Source: Phoronis australis (taxonomy: Eukaryota; Animalia; Phoronida). Taken from it: a stretch of DNA of 64,000 nt. The notes beneath the pieces were generated by a model, which was given only the letters and a program-made list of their open reading frames with translations, made no database searches and was not told where the DNA came from. The stretch spans positions 57,236 to 121,235 of the forward strand of contig NMRA01000219.1 in NCBI GenBank assembly GCA_002633005.1, written 5' to 3'. This document shows positions 36,650-50,589 of this stretch, one piece after another (position 1 is the first letter of the stretch; each line of letters begins with the position of its first letter). A program made the position numbers and the translations under genes.

Positions 36650-38716
36650 TTGCAGAAGGTGCCATAAGTTAACTTGTCTGTTTGTAAACAATGTAGATTT
36701 TGTATTAAAGGAGAATACAGTGAAACGTAATGGTAATCAGTTTCAACAAAACTTAACCAGTCAGTGATACACTCATGACTACACGTACAAGGCGTTGGAG
36801 ATTGACAATGTATGCATTTTTACCTAATTATTTCGAAGGGTGTATGTGAAGCCGCGCCTTGTATTAAAAGACCACTTTTGATTTCTCTGATTCCTTGCAG
36901 ATTAGAAATGATATCTAGGTTGAGAAGAACTAGAGCCGAGACCAGACTGCTCGTCACGGCAGGTTCTCTTCAGTTGCCATTGCAGTGTGGCCGTCTGGCG
37001 ATTTATTGTGAAGGGAACGAGTTAGATTTAGCTTATTGTTGTAACCAAGTTCAATTGAAACAAAGGACAAGGCGTTGCTTTGGAAGTGCAACCAGAACAT
37101 GGTTTATAAAGTGACTTTGATAAATAACTCTTGGGAGTGTTCTCTGCTTAATTTGTTTTCTTTGTTACGTTGACTTTGTTATTGGATTGGAAGTGACTGA
37201 CATTGGAAAAAAACGATATTAGAATCACGCGACGTTTTAAAGGGGCCATAAAGCAGCACCACATACATGTCAAAAGCTAGCCTTGCCACCGAGACGGCTT
37301 GTTCAGTTGCACCATAATCATTCACATACTCAACATAGAGATGAAGACCGTTTCAAGCGAATCAAAATAAAAAGACGCTTACAAACCACAAATCTTACAG
37401 GCGCAGGGCCTTCAACCGAGCGTACGTGGGGTAGGCCTACTCCCAACGAGGCTGTTGAAATACCCATGGTGTTCCGTATGACGTTGTCAGACAATTGACT
37501 GTGGGTTTGTAGCTATGCTTTGAGAGACCATTTGTTCACGCCGATTACCAGATGGATGCTTCACAAAATGTTCTGATAGGCTGCAGAGCGTAGCTAATTT
37601 TGCGACAACTATTTTATGAAATCCATGGCGATACTACGAAGTCTAAGCATGTACCCGAATGGTAATGCGTGACCACTGATGCGCGTGACGTCAAATTTAT
37701 TCCAAAGACATAAGTGATTGGGCGAAACTTCTGCCGTATACAAGACACACATAGTTCATACTGCTCCCTCCCTCGATTTCATAAATGTTTGAATGAAGGA
37801 CCGTTACCAAAGTTTAGTAATTTTTGAGAAGTGGGGGACTCGTCGGAGAAATTTGTCTATGCATGGACGGCGCACCAGTGCTCCGCCTGTCGCCCATGGT
37901 CTATGGGCGGTGTACCACAGGGGTGCTGGGAGGCTTGATGCAGCGCCGCCCATGGTATGTCCTGTAGCAGCAAAAATTCCGCTAGTACATCAAGTGCTCG
38001 CGAAGTTGTGCATAACGTTGTTTTCTCCCTTGTATCTACGTAACACAGTCCTGTTGTAGAAAGAAATCACATCTTCTCAGCTAGAACATAAAGTCACCGC
38101 GCCACGCGGATTCTGAAGCCACATTTGTTTTTGAATAATCGTAAAATAGAAACCAGATTCTTTCGATGCACATCATTTGCACGAACTTTAGCGCATGGAC
38201 TTTGAGCGCCCGGCATGTGGACACTCAACTTGCGGTCGTATTGATAAAACCAAATGATGTTTGTCGATAGTTTTGCATTTGAAAACTCAAAACGTGTTTT
38301 CCAAAATATAAACAGCTGTCTCTTTGTCCATTCCTCCCAAGTACTCCTGGAAATTTCAATTTTTCCACAATGTTGAGGGTAATAAGCTGATAGCTGACTC
38401 GAACAGAACGAAAGCCCAAACGTAGCTTCCTTCCACGAATTACACTTAGCGGGTGTAATCTTTTAATAAAGCAATTATAGACGAAATTCACTTTCGGTCA
38501 ATAATACATTCATTTGGGGTCTGAAAATCAACATATTGAACTCGGTGGAAGTCAATGATTGTATGCTAAAAGCGAGCTTTACAGTTTGTGATTGAAGGTA
38601 TAGTCTACTCTTACCTGTCAACAGATCAATATATGAAGAGTTGTCACGGTAAACCATAATTCAGCTATCCTTTGTGCAATAGTTTGATTATTCTGATACC
38701 TGAATCTAAAAACAAG

Positions 38717-38873
38717 CAGTGCCGTAGTGATAAAATTCGAGCTAATTAGGCGCCCAAAGCCCACCGTATCACCTTGAGCACTGAACGTAACTTACGGTGC
38801 GTAAGCGCTACGTTCAAATGCCAAAAAGGTGGTTGGCTGCGCCTACGTGCGCCTACGCACCACTACAGCACTG
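38717..38873. mobile_element. hAT-type MITE, 157 bp
   Basis: TIRs CAGTGCCGTAGTG / CACTACAGCACTG; perfect 8-bp TSD AAAACAAG at 38709-38716 and 38874-38881. Confidence 0.85.
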
Positions 38874-40770
38874 AAAACAAGACATTTTAAGCTGAAAAAT
38901 ACGCATAGTTTAAGAGAAACGAGAACATTTGTGTACGGAGAAATGTCGCCTTTTCGAATCCGGGTGATACGCAAGACTTCAAACCCCAACAAAGTGTATC
39001 CTTACAAATGAAATATAAAATTTACACGCACAATGAAATGAATTACATATAAAAGTGGTCCGTGAATAGGTTTGCTCTTTTTGAGAGAGACCACACGTTG
39101 CTTCTCTTAAGAATACGTTGTAGTACATGTTTAAAATTGTTGGACATCTGAGGCCGGGATGGTAACCGTACTAAACTGTGGCCACGCGATGCGTCTCCAC
39201 CTTACAGTTAGTCAGTTTATGGCTGCTGAGCACCGAAATGTAACACTTTTTACACGCGCAGTGGCCTCGATCGGCCTAATATTGAATTTAACCTTAACCA
39301 AGTTTTATACGTGAGAGATTACGACAAATAGCAATCGGGGGTTATGAGTTTTGTGGTGAGACTGTGGTAGACCCATTATAAGGTGACAGAGATAATTTTA
39401 ATTCGTGGAAACACAGGCTACGGTGTGGTGATACCAAGAACTTGTCAGCTGTGACCACAAGCGGTTGGTTTTTGGGACTTTTAAGTGTTAAAAAACTCAT
39501 TTCCTCGTTATCGCGAGCTCCCACTAATTGACCTGTCGCCAAATTATGACTGACGACTTATCGGACCAATCAGAACGAAGCACTATTGACACACCTTCGT
39601 CTGCGTTTCCAAGCCGCCATTTTACCCGACAAACAATACGTTGTCGTGTAAAACATATTTTAGACTATAGCTCAGGAAATTGAGCGATAAGAATATTGAA
39701 ATGATGATGATATGGCGTGTGTAATTCTGATAGCCTTTATGCAGCTCGAGAAGAATATCCCGTCATTTTTGGGCATCTCCTAAGCCGAAAGGTGATGCGT
39801 TAAGGTGTAAACTATGCCTATGGATCAAAATATGCGAACGGCCACACGAGCAGCTGAACTTGGCATTGTTGCTTGATCGAAGTTTAAACACAAATATATT
39901 TGTTCCAAGAAACGCACTTTTCAGTTCGGTGGACGTGTAGGCCTATCTAATTTTGACTCCGAATTTCGATCGTCTGGCCGCCTTTGTCTCGGTACCTACT
40001 GCTGGATCTCAGCACTGTAGTGGTAGTCCCCGGAAATTGTTTTTAAGGACACTTTATTGCGACTTAATGGACATCGTTTTGTTTCGTAGCATTTTGTTAT
40101 TCATATACCCGTAGACTGGCGTTCAATTGAACTTCTCTCCAAAATTGAGCATATCGATCGGCACAGGGAGGGGCATTGGATTCAGTTACTGAACTCAAAG
40201 CCCCAGGCTTCTTCGAGCCGTTGTCACGAAAAAAATAAACAGTTGCATTACTTTTTGATGAGAACTTCTAGTATACACCTCGCCTGTAGAGTTAGCGAGA
40301 GCTCATTCTTAACTTGTTCAAACATGATATTTAGATTTATGACGCTTTCAAAGAATTAACGAGTTACTTTTGTAAATAGCCATTTTTTGTCACTACACCA
40401 TCTTTTGTAACCATACCACAGCTTAGTGATCATGCTACGTTTAAAATTAACTGAAAGCTATCTTTACGCAACGAAACTACAAAAAATGCGAACTTCATCA
40501 CAAGGTAGGCCTAACTTACATGTAAATGTGTTAATGGTGCAAAATTTACGGCCACCGAATTCCATGCATTAGGTTGACTTGGACATAGCCCGAGCTAAGT
40601 GCTTGCCTAGGACATGATGAGTGTGTGCTCGAGCTATGAACCTGAGTTTTTCAAGTTAATCAGAATATTTCGTTCGAAGATTAGAAAAGCGTAAACAGTG
40701 CTATCGACTCTACCTACTTTACTCGGGTAGTCCCACCAGTTGTGACCTACTTTTCATGATCTGGCGGAAT

Positions 40771-42057
40771 TGACTTATTGCCAGGCTTATGACTGGCGGC
40801 TTAACTAACCAATCAGAACGCAGCATTCTCGACACACCTTCGTCCGCCTTTCCAAGCCGCCATTTTACCCGACAAACAATGTCGTTGTCGATAAAGCTTA
40901 TTTTAGTCTATAGCTAAAAAAATTGTGTGGTAAAATGGTGAAACGGTGTTGATGTGGCGTGCGTAGTTCTGACTGTCGTTATACAGCTAGAGAAGAATAT
41001 CCCGTCATTTTTGGGCATTCCCTAAGCCGAAAACTGTCGACTATGTAAACGATGGTTCAAACTGTGAACGGCCGGCACACGACGCACGAGCAGCTAATTT
41101 TAACAATTTTGCTGGATTAATCAAAGGTTAAGCATAAATTTATTTATTCCAAGATACGTACTTTTCAGTTGGTGGCTATACTGTAGGTCTATCTGATTTT
41201 GACTCCGGAATTTTACTCGTGTTGCTGTGAGGGCACTAAATTACTGAACTCAAAACTTCGTTCGAGCTGTTGTCAAGAAAAAATTATTTTTTTGAATTAC
41301 TTTTGATGAAAACTTCTAGTATAAAATACGCCTGTAGAGTTAAGGAGAGCTCTTTTTGTAGTTGTTCAAACACGATACGTGGATTTATGAAGCTTTAAAC
41401 AACAGTTTAAGTTATTTTTGTAAATGACCACTTTTTGCCATTACACCAGACTCTTCATCCTTTGTTACCATACCACAGCTTAGTGATTTTGCTACGTTTA
41501 AAATTAAATGCAAACTACCTTTATGCAATGAAACTACAATACATACGAATCCTAACTTAAATGTCGTTATGGAGTACTGAATTACGGCCAATTCCATAAG
41601 TTAATTTGACTTTTGGACACAGCCCTAGACCAACCGGATATCGGCGAATCTTTACTGATTTTGTTCGAAATATCCTGAAATCCATGGCATCGTACAGATA
41701 GTTCGACTTTAGGTAAATATCCAGCTTTACATGAACATATCGGATTAGTGGCCTTGTCAGTTTTCAAGTGAAGGTGAACCCCGAGTGGGGTTCGGATTTT
41801 CGCTGGCTCCGAAATACTTTTCCTCGAACACTTTTTTCATCGTCGCAGCTTTACAAATTCCCAAGTCCTGAACGTACGATTCTCAGCTGAAGGGTACCGC
41901 CTGTTGTCTTTGTCAAAGCGTTTTCGGAAAGTGCAAAAAACGTCCATCAATTCCACCAGGAACGTCGTTTAACGACTGTGTATTTGCCTCTGACATCTTG
42001 CTTGTTTGTCGGGTGTCACGTGACTTTTCTCAAGGAAGCGGATCTTGCGATAGGTCA
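40771..42057. mobile_element. Second copy of the same ISL2EU-like element, nested inside the first
   Basis: AT|TGACTTATTGCCA...TGCGATAGGTCA|AT; + strand MVKRC*CG...FWAFPKPK...CKRW (THAP), - strand RSQRKSEPH...ICSCKAG (SWIM finger). Confidence 0.7.
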
Positions 42058-42135
42058 ATTTAGCAGACGACAGAATAAAAATATTGGTGAATCTTCACTA
42101 ATTTTGTTCGAAATATCCTCAAATCTATTGCATTG

Positions 42136-42420
42136 CAGGGGCGGATCCAGGATTTTGAGTTAGGGGGGCCAGGGCACGGGAATAACCAGAATTTCGGCCG
42201 ATGCGCGCGCCCAGGCTAAACTGTGGGGATGCAGAGGCCTCGAATGCAGACCTGTTGACTAAAAAAACGGTAAACGGGGTTTGTTCAGTTTGTTCAGGGC
42301 CTATGTGCTGCTTATTCACCCCCCACGAGCCCCTGCTTGCGCGCACTCGAACTCCCAAATGGTATCTGGTAGAATTTTAGGGGTCATGGCTTCCTTGCCC
42401 CCCCCCCAAATCCGCCACTG
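42136..42420 (+). mobile_element. Long CAG-ended MITE inserted in the outer ISL2EU-like copy
   Basis: CAGGGGCGGATCCAG...AAATCCGCCACTG; perfect TSD CATTG; the homologous empty site is visible near 41680-41700. Confidence 0.9.
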
Positions 42421-45400
42421 CATTGTAATTCGACTTTAAGGTACATATCCAGCTTTACATGAAAATATCGCATCACTGGCCTTGTAATTTGTCTGGTGTG
42501 GGGTTCTTCGGATTTTCGCTGGCTCCGAAATACTTTTCCTCAAACACTTATTTTTTCATCGTCACCTCTACAAATTCTGACATCATGAACGTTTGATTCT
42601 CTGGTGAAAAGCATCGCCTGTTTTCTTTGTCGAAGCGTTTTGGAAGAGTGCAAAAAACACTCATCGATTACACCAGGAACATTTGTTTGGCGACAATGTA
42701 TTTGCCTGCCTTTGACATCTTGTTTGTTTGTTTGTCGGGTGTCACGTGACTTTTCGCAAGGGTGGAGCTTGCGATAGGTCAAGTTAAACGTTGACACCAC
42801 GGTTGAGTGGTGTGGACGCACGAATAATGCAAAAACGCAAGATAGCACAAGACTTCGCAAAATACCGATATATTACCAGCAACAGTTGACTGTGGCACGT
42901 GATCACATTTCGCAATATTCCTGCGTTCACGGAGCTCAAGTCTGTTCCCGCGCTTTACTGAATCCAGCCAATGTCGAGACTCGATGACTTGAAAGCAGTT
43001 TAGTATCGAACACGTTGGGATCAACGGGAAAACACCGCGGGTCCCATATTGACTTTGGACGTAATTTTTGATAAGTTTCATGAAACAAAACTGAAGAGAT
43101 GAGAATCATTCGTTTCTTATCTTAGATGTGAGAGCGAAAATTCCTCCTGATTTGCTTCATTTTCCACCATACATTGTAATTGTATCCCTTTGTGCTAGGG
43201 CGGTTTTTTAAGACCTCACAAAATTGAAAAGAACCCCGTGAGTGTTTGGAAATATTGAGCAAACACTAGTTAAACAGAACATCGATTTCTCTGTCGTGGC
43301 CAGTGTTGTAGTGGTGAATTTTGAGGTACTTGTGCATCTACGCGCCGTTACACCTCAATTTACGGAATCCACCACCTTGAAAATGAAAAAGGTGGTACGT
43401 GTCCTGCGTCTACGTCCCACTACTGGTCATGGCATTTCCACAAGAGCTGTCGGACTTGTGAATTCGTCGACAAAAAGAATGAATGTGAATACTCAAGCAC
43501 GCCCTAGTATGTAGTATTCCTCTCTGGCGTGTGATCTGCTCACATTCAGGAGTCACAGGGGTGAAGAATCGTGCTAAACCATCTCAATGATTGCCCTCGC
43601 CCGATGGCACAGGCTGAGAAAAAATGGTGGGATGCCTGACCCAAACCCACAATAAAAGAGAATAGCAAATTATGACAAATGTTATTTCGAGCCAAAAGCA
43701 ACCATTATCTTTGAACTTTGTGCCACTACACTGCTGTTCAAATGGACAAGAATTGTAATTTTAGTTTAGAACTTCAGTCACGTAAGACCTTTAAAGTCGG
43801 TCCTTCAGCGTTAGTGACAACGATGTTAACACTGAGTCAGGGCTAGTGGTGGTCTATTCAGAGTTCATTAACATATCCAGTAATTGTAGTTATTACAAGT
43901 GATCAAGTCACCCAATAAAGCAAACAAGTTACTATTGAAACGTAAATTGAAGTTAATTTAGCTTGTTCATCTTTGTTGCAAGAAATATAGTGAGAATCCA
44001 ATTGTGATTAATATTCTCAATAATCAGGCATTTCAAGAATACATTAGGTCGTCATTTCCTCATGACACGTGACATAAATCACACCTGCGTACTACATGAA
44101 TTAGACTGGAGTCTCACCTTCTTGGATTTAACTTCTGGGCAAACGCCGGGGCCGTAGCCTGGAATTAACATGTTATGTCACGTACTTTACGGACGATCAA
44201 CGCTCGATGACCAGCAGACGACCGGGCGGAAAGTGCGCCCATGTGTACTCTCACTTGTAAACATGGGATGTACTAGTAACTATGTTGGTTCTTGCAACCC
44301 ATAGTGCCAATCACACGGCGTTAAGGATATTTCAAACCTTATTCACAAAAATTGGTAATTTTTACAATAGTTCACACATGTCTAGCAAAATACAGATTTA
44401 GCAGAACCACCTTGGAACCACACAACCGCGTGGAAATGTGTTAACTACTTATCCGAGGTCAAACTTTAACGGGGGATGTCACTGAAATGGAATCTCCCTC
44501 CTGGCACAGAGCAGTCGGGTTGTACCCTCATTCACTGAGTCGTGTACATATGATAGGAAGACATGCCAGAGAAAACGAAGACACTAGTTTTGATCCTGAG
44601 GGAGTTGTGTGTCTGCATGCATACGAACGTTGAGAACGATCAAGAATGCTACAAGTCGCCTCACCCCTCTGTGACTTTATTTTCACGAACACAGCAACTT
44701 GTGAGAAGAGATAAATCCTCACCCAAATTCCTTAAGTTGATAGATAATTTGACATTTCACTGTTTCGACCTCATGCTCGACCACTGACTTCATTTCTATT
44801 ACCCATTTTGTACTTGGCTTCGTATCAATCTCTCGGTGCGTGGTGTATAACAATGAACTGTTGACCTACTATAAAGTGGCCCACAATGCACCAGCTTGAC
44901 CCACTTTATATGTTGGCTCCACCCATGACCTAGTTGGACTGGATGCATAGGAAATTGACTTGGCTACTTAACCATTTTTGTGATAGCTAAGTTAATTACG
45001 CACTGAGAATTCCGTTGACATTCCACGTGAACATCGAAATAATGAACACGGCTGAGGGGTGCATAGGTTACATTGACCGAAAACAAGTTTTCACCGAATA
45101 ATTAACAGGAAAACTTTGAGATTTTCACATGTCCCAACTTAGTCGACTTTTTCTCGGCTTCAGCAAAGCGACTTAATTTCAACTTAGGAACATGAGTTCT
45201 CGAAAACAGCTAGGTGGATTTCGCTGACACTTTCCAAACTTAATATTCATTCATCTAAATCCTGTTAGGATTTTCGATATTAAGACCTAGTTTTGCGTAG
45301 TGTAACAAAGACGAATACGACTGCTATTTTTTACAAAAATTACTTACGTTTTGCGAGTTGATTTGTCTTAGAAACCAAACTAAAAGACTAATCAAAAATT

Positions 45401-46052
45401 CCTAAAACCGTTTAAGAGAAATCTGCTGAAGTTTTCTTTAATAAAGATTTCCTTAAAATCGACCGAGGGGTTATTTTGCTATGAATGTACCTTTCCTAAA
45501 AATGAAATTTCGACTTAAAAAGGTGTTAACGTAATAAAAATAACGGCACCTAATTATAAGACATATTTTTTATATTTCCTGATATTTTTTCTTTCATAAA
45601 ATATATACTTTTACGAGTTGACAAAGCACAGTTTTTTGATATACTAGTTAGAATGGAAGCCATTAAATAAGATTTGAGATAATCCTAAAGTTATGAGCTA
45701 TGGCCTTATCACCGTGACATGTTGGCTCCAAATGTGTCTGTTTCATTAGTGCATCGACCAGTCATTCAGGCCTTAAGTGTGTTGTGGTAGTTTTTATTAC
45801 CATGGATAGGGGAGGCATACCTAGATCTCGCTTTTTCGCCAAGACCACTTGCAGTATTAGTCACGCCTAATAACGCCACTAGGTTTCCTTCTATCTCCTG
45901 AACCGAACCCGTTCGCCCCTTATCATGAAATCACATAGCAAGCTCACGTTTCATCTCTGTATGACTTTGGTGACTTCAGTAGTGAGCCACGCATTTCAAA
46001 AACAGATCTGATGCCGAAATTTAAATGACACAATATCCTCCACTGAGAACAT

Positions 46053-46221
46053 TTACATCAAATGGCCAGGTTTTAGATGGACATCGTCACTCGGTCCCAA
46101 GTCCACCGACACCATTGTATACAAGTTGTGGATATCACGTGAAAGCAGTTGGTATGATAGTGTATTTAGTCCATCGTTTTCCGACAGGTCGTGGTCGCGT
46201 TGCGCGTGATAATGCGCTTTC
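46053..46221 (-). CDS. GT7 beta-1,4-GalNAc/galactosyltransferase, last exon
   Basis: TTTTTCAG|(R)KAHYHAQRDHDLSENDGLNTLSYQLLSRDIHNLYTMVSVDLGP...*; DGLNxLxY...LYTxxxVD is the GT7 C-terminal motif. Confidence 0.9.
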
Positions 46222-47306
46222 CTGAAAAATTCAATGTCCATGAATTACAGCCAACGTCTAAGGCGGCTTATATTGCAAATCTCATGACTACATTAACTCC
46301 ACTGTTTCATTGTTTTGAAACAATAGTATGGTTTCGGATAGAAATGTTGTTTGTACTGGAAGCAGGAAAACGCGTTACATTGGCTTCGTTTCAGAAATGT
46401 CGGGCTGATTCTAAGCATCATGTCGGAAAATGTATTTGTGAACACTTCTCGAGTGAATTCGACTTGCCGAGTTCTGCCGTCGGAGTTGCATCTCACAGCA
46501 CAGCAGTAAGATTGTGCTGGCTTTGGAAGGTCCAATATAGACTTAGCACAGTCTAGAAAAAGTCTAAAACCCCCAGAGAACTGCTTGACGGATCACTATT
46601 GTGGTTAAATACCGCGCGATTCAAGTGTCGTCAAAAGCAGAAATGGTCGCTTGGCATTGCTGTTTGATGTCCGATATTAAGATAAAGTCATGTTTTTTCG
46701 TCTGAAATTCCGCATGCGGAGATACCGGATTCGGCTAAGTAGATAAGACTCGCCAGTTTCGTCGTAAATCTTAATATCAACACTGGCGTATTAGATCCGG
46801 TCAGATACCTCCACATGTAATCGGATGGTGTATTGGAAAAAGGTGTGGCGTCATCTTGTCATATCGGGCATCAAAAGTAATGCTAAGTGACCATTTATGC
46901 TTTGGATGACTTTTTCTGCTTCCCTTTAACGTAAATTGTTTCTTTGCTGGATTACCCAGCGGCCACACGAAATGCCGTAGACTGGTACCATTGCACAGAC
47001 GTACTAGACGACTGATTAGTCGTAGAAATGACGAACGTAACTTAGCAACGAAGGCTGGACCTCTCAACAAGGGCACAGGTTGTTTTTTTATCTCATCACA
47101 ATAACTCTCGTTTAATTCAGTGTTGATGTCCAGTGGGTAACGGTTCCTTATTTATAGTTTCACTGCAGCGGTGTTAGTTCGTACTTAATTAAAGAAATAA
47201 ACATCCAGTAAAAATATTACATCAATTATTGCAAAACTAGATATGTTTATTTTGGTTTTATCTGAGAACTTTCGTGTTTGTTATTGTTAGATTGTAATTA
47301 TCTCAC

Positions 47307-47534
47307 CTCTTTTCATATTGCTCTTCGTTTTCCCTCTTTCGGTGACTGAGCATCGAATACGTAGCTATATCTTCAGTGGGTCGTTCTATTGCCATATTTT
47401 TGTGAAATGTTCTCCAATAGAAATCGTCGTCTTCACACCCCCAGCCGAAATAGAGATTGGAATATCCGTTTAGCCTTAGGAAATGTTTCGGCTTTATTGC
47501 CAAAACTCCACCAACTAATTCAGGGTATCTTAGC
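47307..47534 (-). CDS. GT7 beta-1,4-GalNAc/galactosyltransferase, internal exon
   Basis: LRYPELVGGVLAI...NGYSNLYFGWGCEDDDF...YSMLSH; canonical splice sites, phases consistent. Confidence 0.95.
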
Positions 47535-47785
47535 CTGCAATAAACAAAGCACAAGTCATGTGACTGTTCAGCATTCACATATTAATGTCGATGTTTATTT
47601 CTAATTATGTATTTACCAAATATTGTTGAAATAGATGTAAATAGAAATAAAGTTATCGACATCAGTTTGGCCGCCAACGTGGTAGGTATCTTTTTAGATG
47701 ATAGGAAATGCTTTAGGAATTAAAAAAGAACCTCAAACAAAACAAGTCCTCCAAGGGACGATTGCTTGCTCAGGACAATACTCAC

Positions 47786-47973
47786 TGGTAGTCGTGTTCG
47801 TCTATGGCTACAGACAAGTGTTTCGGATTGTCAGTACACGTGTAGAAGTTTCTGTCGTCTTCCGGAACAAGATCGACGTCATGGAAGATCAGGCAGTCAG
47901 GTTTGAATGTCTCACTGGATATGACGTATCCGACGTTTAATAACTTGGCTCTGTTGAAAAGACTTGTTCCCGG
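47786..47973 (-). CDS. GT7 beta-1,4-GalNAc/galactosyltransferase, internal exon (DxD)
   Basis: PGTSLFNRAKLLNVGY...DCLIFHDVDLVPEDDRNFYTC...PKHLSVAID; TTTTCAG acceptor and GTGAGT donor. Confidence 0.95.
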
Positions 47974-48572
47974 CTGAAAAGGGAAATTAGTAAGAGTAGG
48001 TTGATGTGTGGATTTATGTCTTTGTCTTTGTCATCTAGGACCGAAAGCAAGCATGAATAACCTGATTACGTCACGAAGTCATGCGCAAAATCTTCAGACT
48101 CACGTCACCATGCGACATATACAGAAGTTATTTCTTTTCAGTAACATCAAGGTGCCCACGTTTCCTGTCATCAGCAGGAGCTGAATGTTTTGAAGTCCCA
48201 TGCAGCCGAAGTCGCAAGTAGATTTTGTTGTTTTAAACAGATTTTTGGGTTACATGTATATGAATCGGAAATACGATTGTTACGATTCCCAAAGACGTCA
48301 TTCGGTGAGTAAACAGTTTCAATTCAACATAAGGTTCACTGAACCAGTTCAATCAACCAATATTGAGATTACAGTAAAAAAAGGTTTATAGGAATGGCGT
48401 CATTGTGAAATTTTGGACCCAGTGAGACGGCGTATGTGTTCTTATTTCCGGGTTCAAATTGCGTCATTTACTTCCATGATACGTCATCACTAAACATCTG
48501 AATAAGATTTCCCACGTGTAAAAGTTAAGACGCAACTAGCCGTTTTTCAATAGATAACGAATTTCTGTAATA

Positions 48573-49350
48573 CAGTGGCGGATCTAGGATATCACAAGGG
48601 GGGCCCAACATTTTGTCCGGCTGTAAGCATTTGCGCAAACTGATCCACGATTGTAGATGCGCGTAGCACCGAATGGGGGGAGGTCGCCCAGGAAATTTTT
48701 CTGTTTTTACCTCTAAAAATCAAGCATTTTCCTTGATTCCTGAAGTATTATCCAAGAAAAAAGGCAAAAAAAAACGGAGAACGTGTCAAACAGGAAAAAC
48801 TGCAAGTACCAAAGACTTGAACTCACGACCTGGCGGATAGAGCGCACGTGCGTTTCCACTACACCACGATTTAACTACTAATCTCATACTAAAAGACCTA
48901 CTTGGTTATGGTCCACAGCGTTTGCGCGCGAAACCTACTTCTTTTTGTAATGCTTATTACACGTTTTATATTTTGTGCCCTCAATTCTTAACAAATTTGT
49001 CGTATTTGAAATAGTCTTTAAATGCCCAAAAGACCAAATCCATTTTTCGTGTTGGCCAATGACAGGATTGCTTTGGAAATCGTCTTAAGATAAGGTTTGA
49101 CAAAGAGAGTATTGCGAGTTTCTGAATGATTCACTAAGGCTTCGATTAAAATTCACATCTTACCAGCAGCTTCTGTTTTTTCATCGTCACTCAGGTTCCA
49201 TTTTCTTTAAAAAAATGAAGTAAATTTTCTTCATTGCACAGTGGAGCAGACGACGGAAACGGAGTCGTAGTGCCCAGCGCCACCGCCNNNNNNNNNNNNN
49301 NNNNNNNNNNNNNNNNNNNNNNNNNNNNCCCCCCCCTAAATCCGCCTATG
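48573..49350. mobile_element. ~780-bp CAG-ended element related to the MITE family (contains an N-gap)
   Basis: CAGTGGCGGATCTAG...CTAAATCCGCCTATG; TSD TAATA on both sides. Confidence 0.7.
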
Positions 49351-50589
49351 TAATAATTATAATAATCACCTCAAATACGACTGCTTGCTTAATCACCAGC
49401 TTGCAAACCCGTGATTCCAAGTTACTCGGGTATGACCATCGGTCTCAACAATCCAAGGTGACATATTTTAATAATTTATAAAAATTATTTATGTCGCTAC
49501 TGACATCGCTATTTCGAAATTAAATAGGGATAGTGTGAAGTAAATTACTTTTTACCTGCCCGCATACTTGTGCAAAATGAGAGATGTTATAGTAAGGATA
49601 AGCTTAAAAGGCAATCTCATCGTATTCATGCAGTCAATTTTAGGACAGTCTACTGTTTTTACAATAAACAGAGCTTACATATGAAACAATTTCTTATTAG
49701 CCCGTACATTTGACAATAAGGTTTCACTTAATGAACTGTGTGGAAATCAAAATCACGACTATTACGATCGTTTTGGTCAAGGGAGGACTAACGACTTTTG
49801 ATGAAATAGGCCCCGAATGCAATAAATTTATTGCTCCACGGGTTATACATTGAAACAACAAAGTCTCGTACAAATTGAACTTTTTTGCAGCTAACCTAAA
49901 AGCATTCCTTGGGGATAAACATACAGAAACAGATATTCCAAATCTTGAGAACCTGAAAATTCATGTAAGGCTAATTGGACTCGTTCGACCTATGTGGCTC
50001 CTCTCGAACAAGTATATTAAATGATCGGAGACTGGCTGGACATCTAGCCATTGCTTTTCCTAGGGTATCAATCTGCATAAACTAAGTACTAAGAGTTGCA
50101 TATCCCACGAAACGTCTACTGTTCAACAACAAAACCTTTGAATTTTGTGTGAAACTCGTTAGTGAACTTTTCAATACGGCGTGTTTCAGATTATGTGAGA
50201 CCTAAAAATGTAGAATTCAACTCCGCAAGATTATATATTTTCTGAAAGTAGAAATGCCGTATAATTTGATTTTTGACTTCTAACCAATCTGCCAATAATA
50301 AGGTTACGTGACCATGCTTTTATGAAAATTGAGCAAAAAAGATACATTCATATCAAAACAACACGATCAACAACTTAGTCCAATTTCGTGTAATATACAC
50401 GATCAAGATATAATCTCAAAAGCACTCGTAAAGTTTTCTGAATTATCATTTCGTTTTCGTTTCATGCAACATTATTTTTTTCATTTTTTTTCATAAAAGT
50501 CGTATATAGTCTCTCCTGCAAAAGTAGACCATTGTAAAAAGATTCCCAAAGAGTTCTGGAAAATAGGTTCGTAATTGGTCTCTAGAGGC

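Larger units (their letters stand above)
39529..42781. mobile_element. Internally deleted ISL2EU-like DNA transposon (outer copy)
   Basis: Termini AT|TGACCTGTCGCCA and TGCGATAGGTCA; + strand THAP relic (YGVCNSDSLY...WIKICERPHEQLN...KHKYICSK) and - strand SWIM-protein relic (RESNVHDVRIC...GKVFRSQRKSEEPH). Confidence 0.65.
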
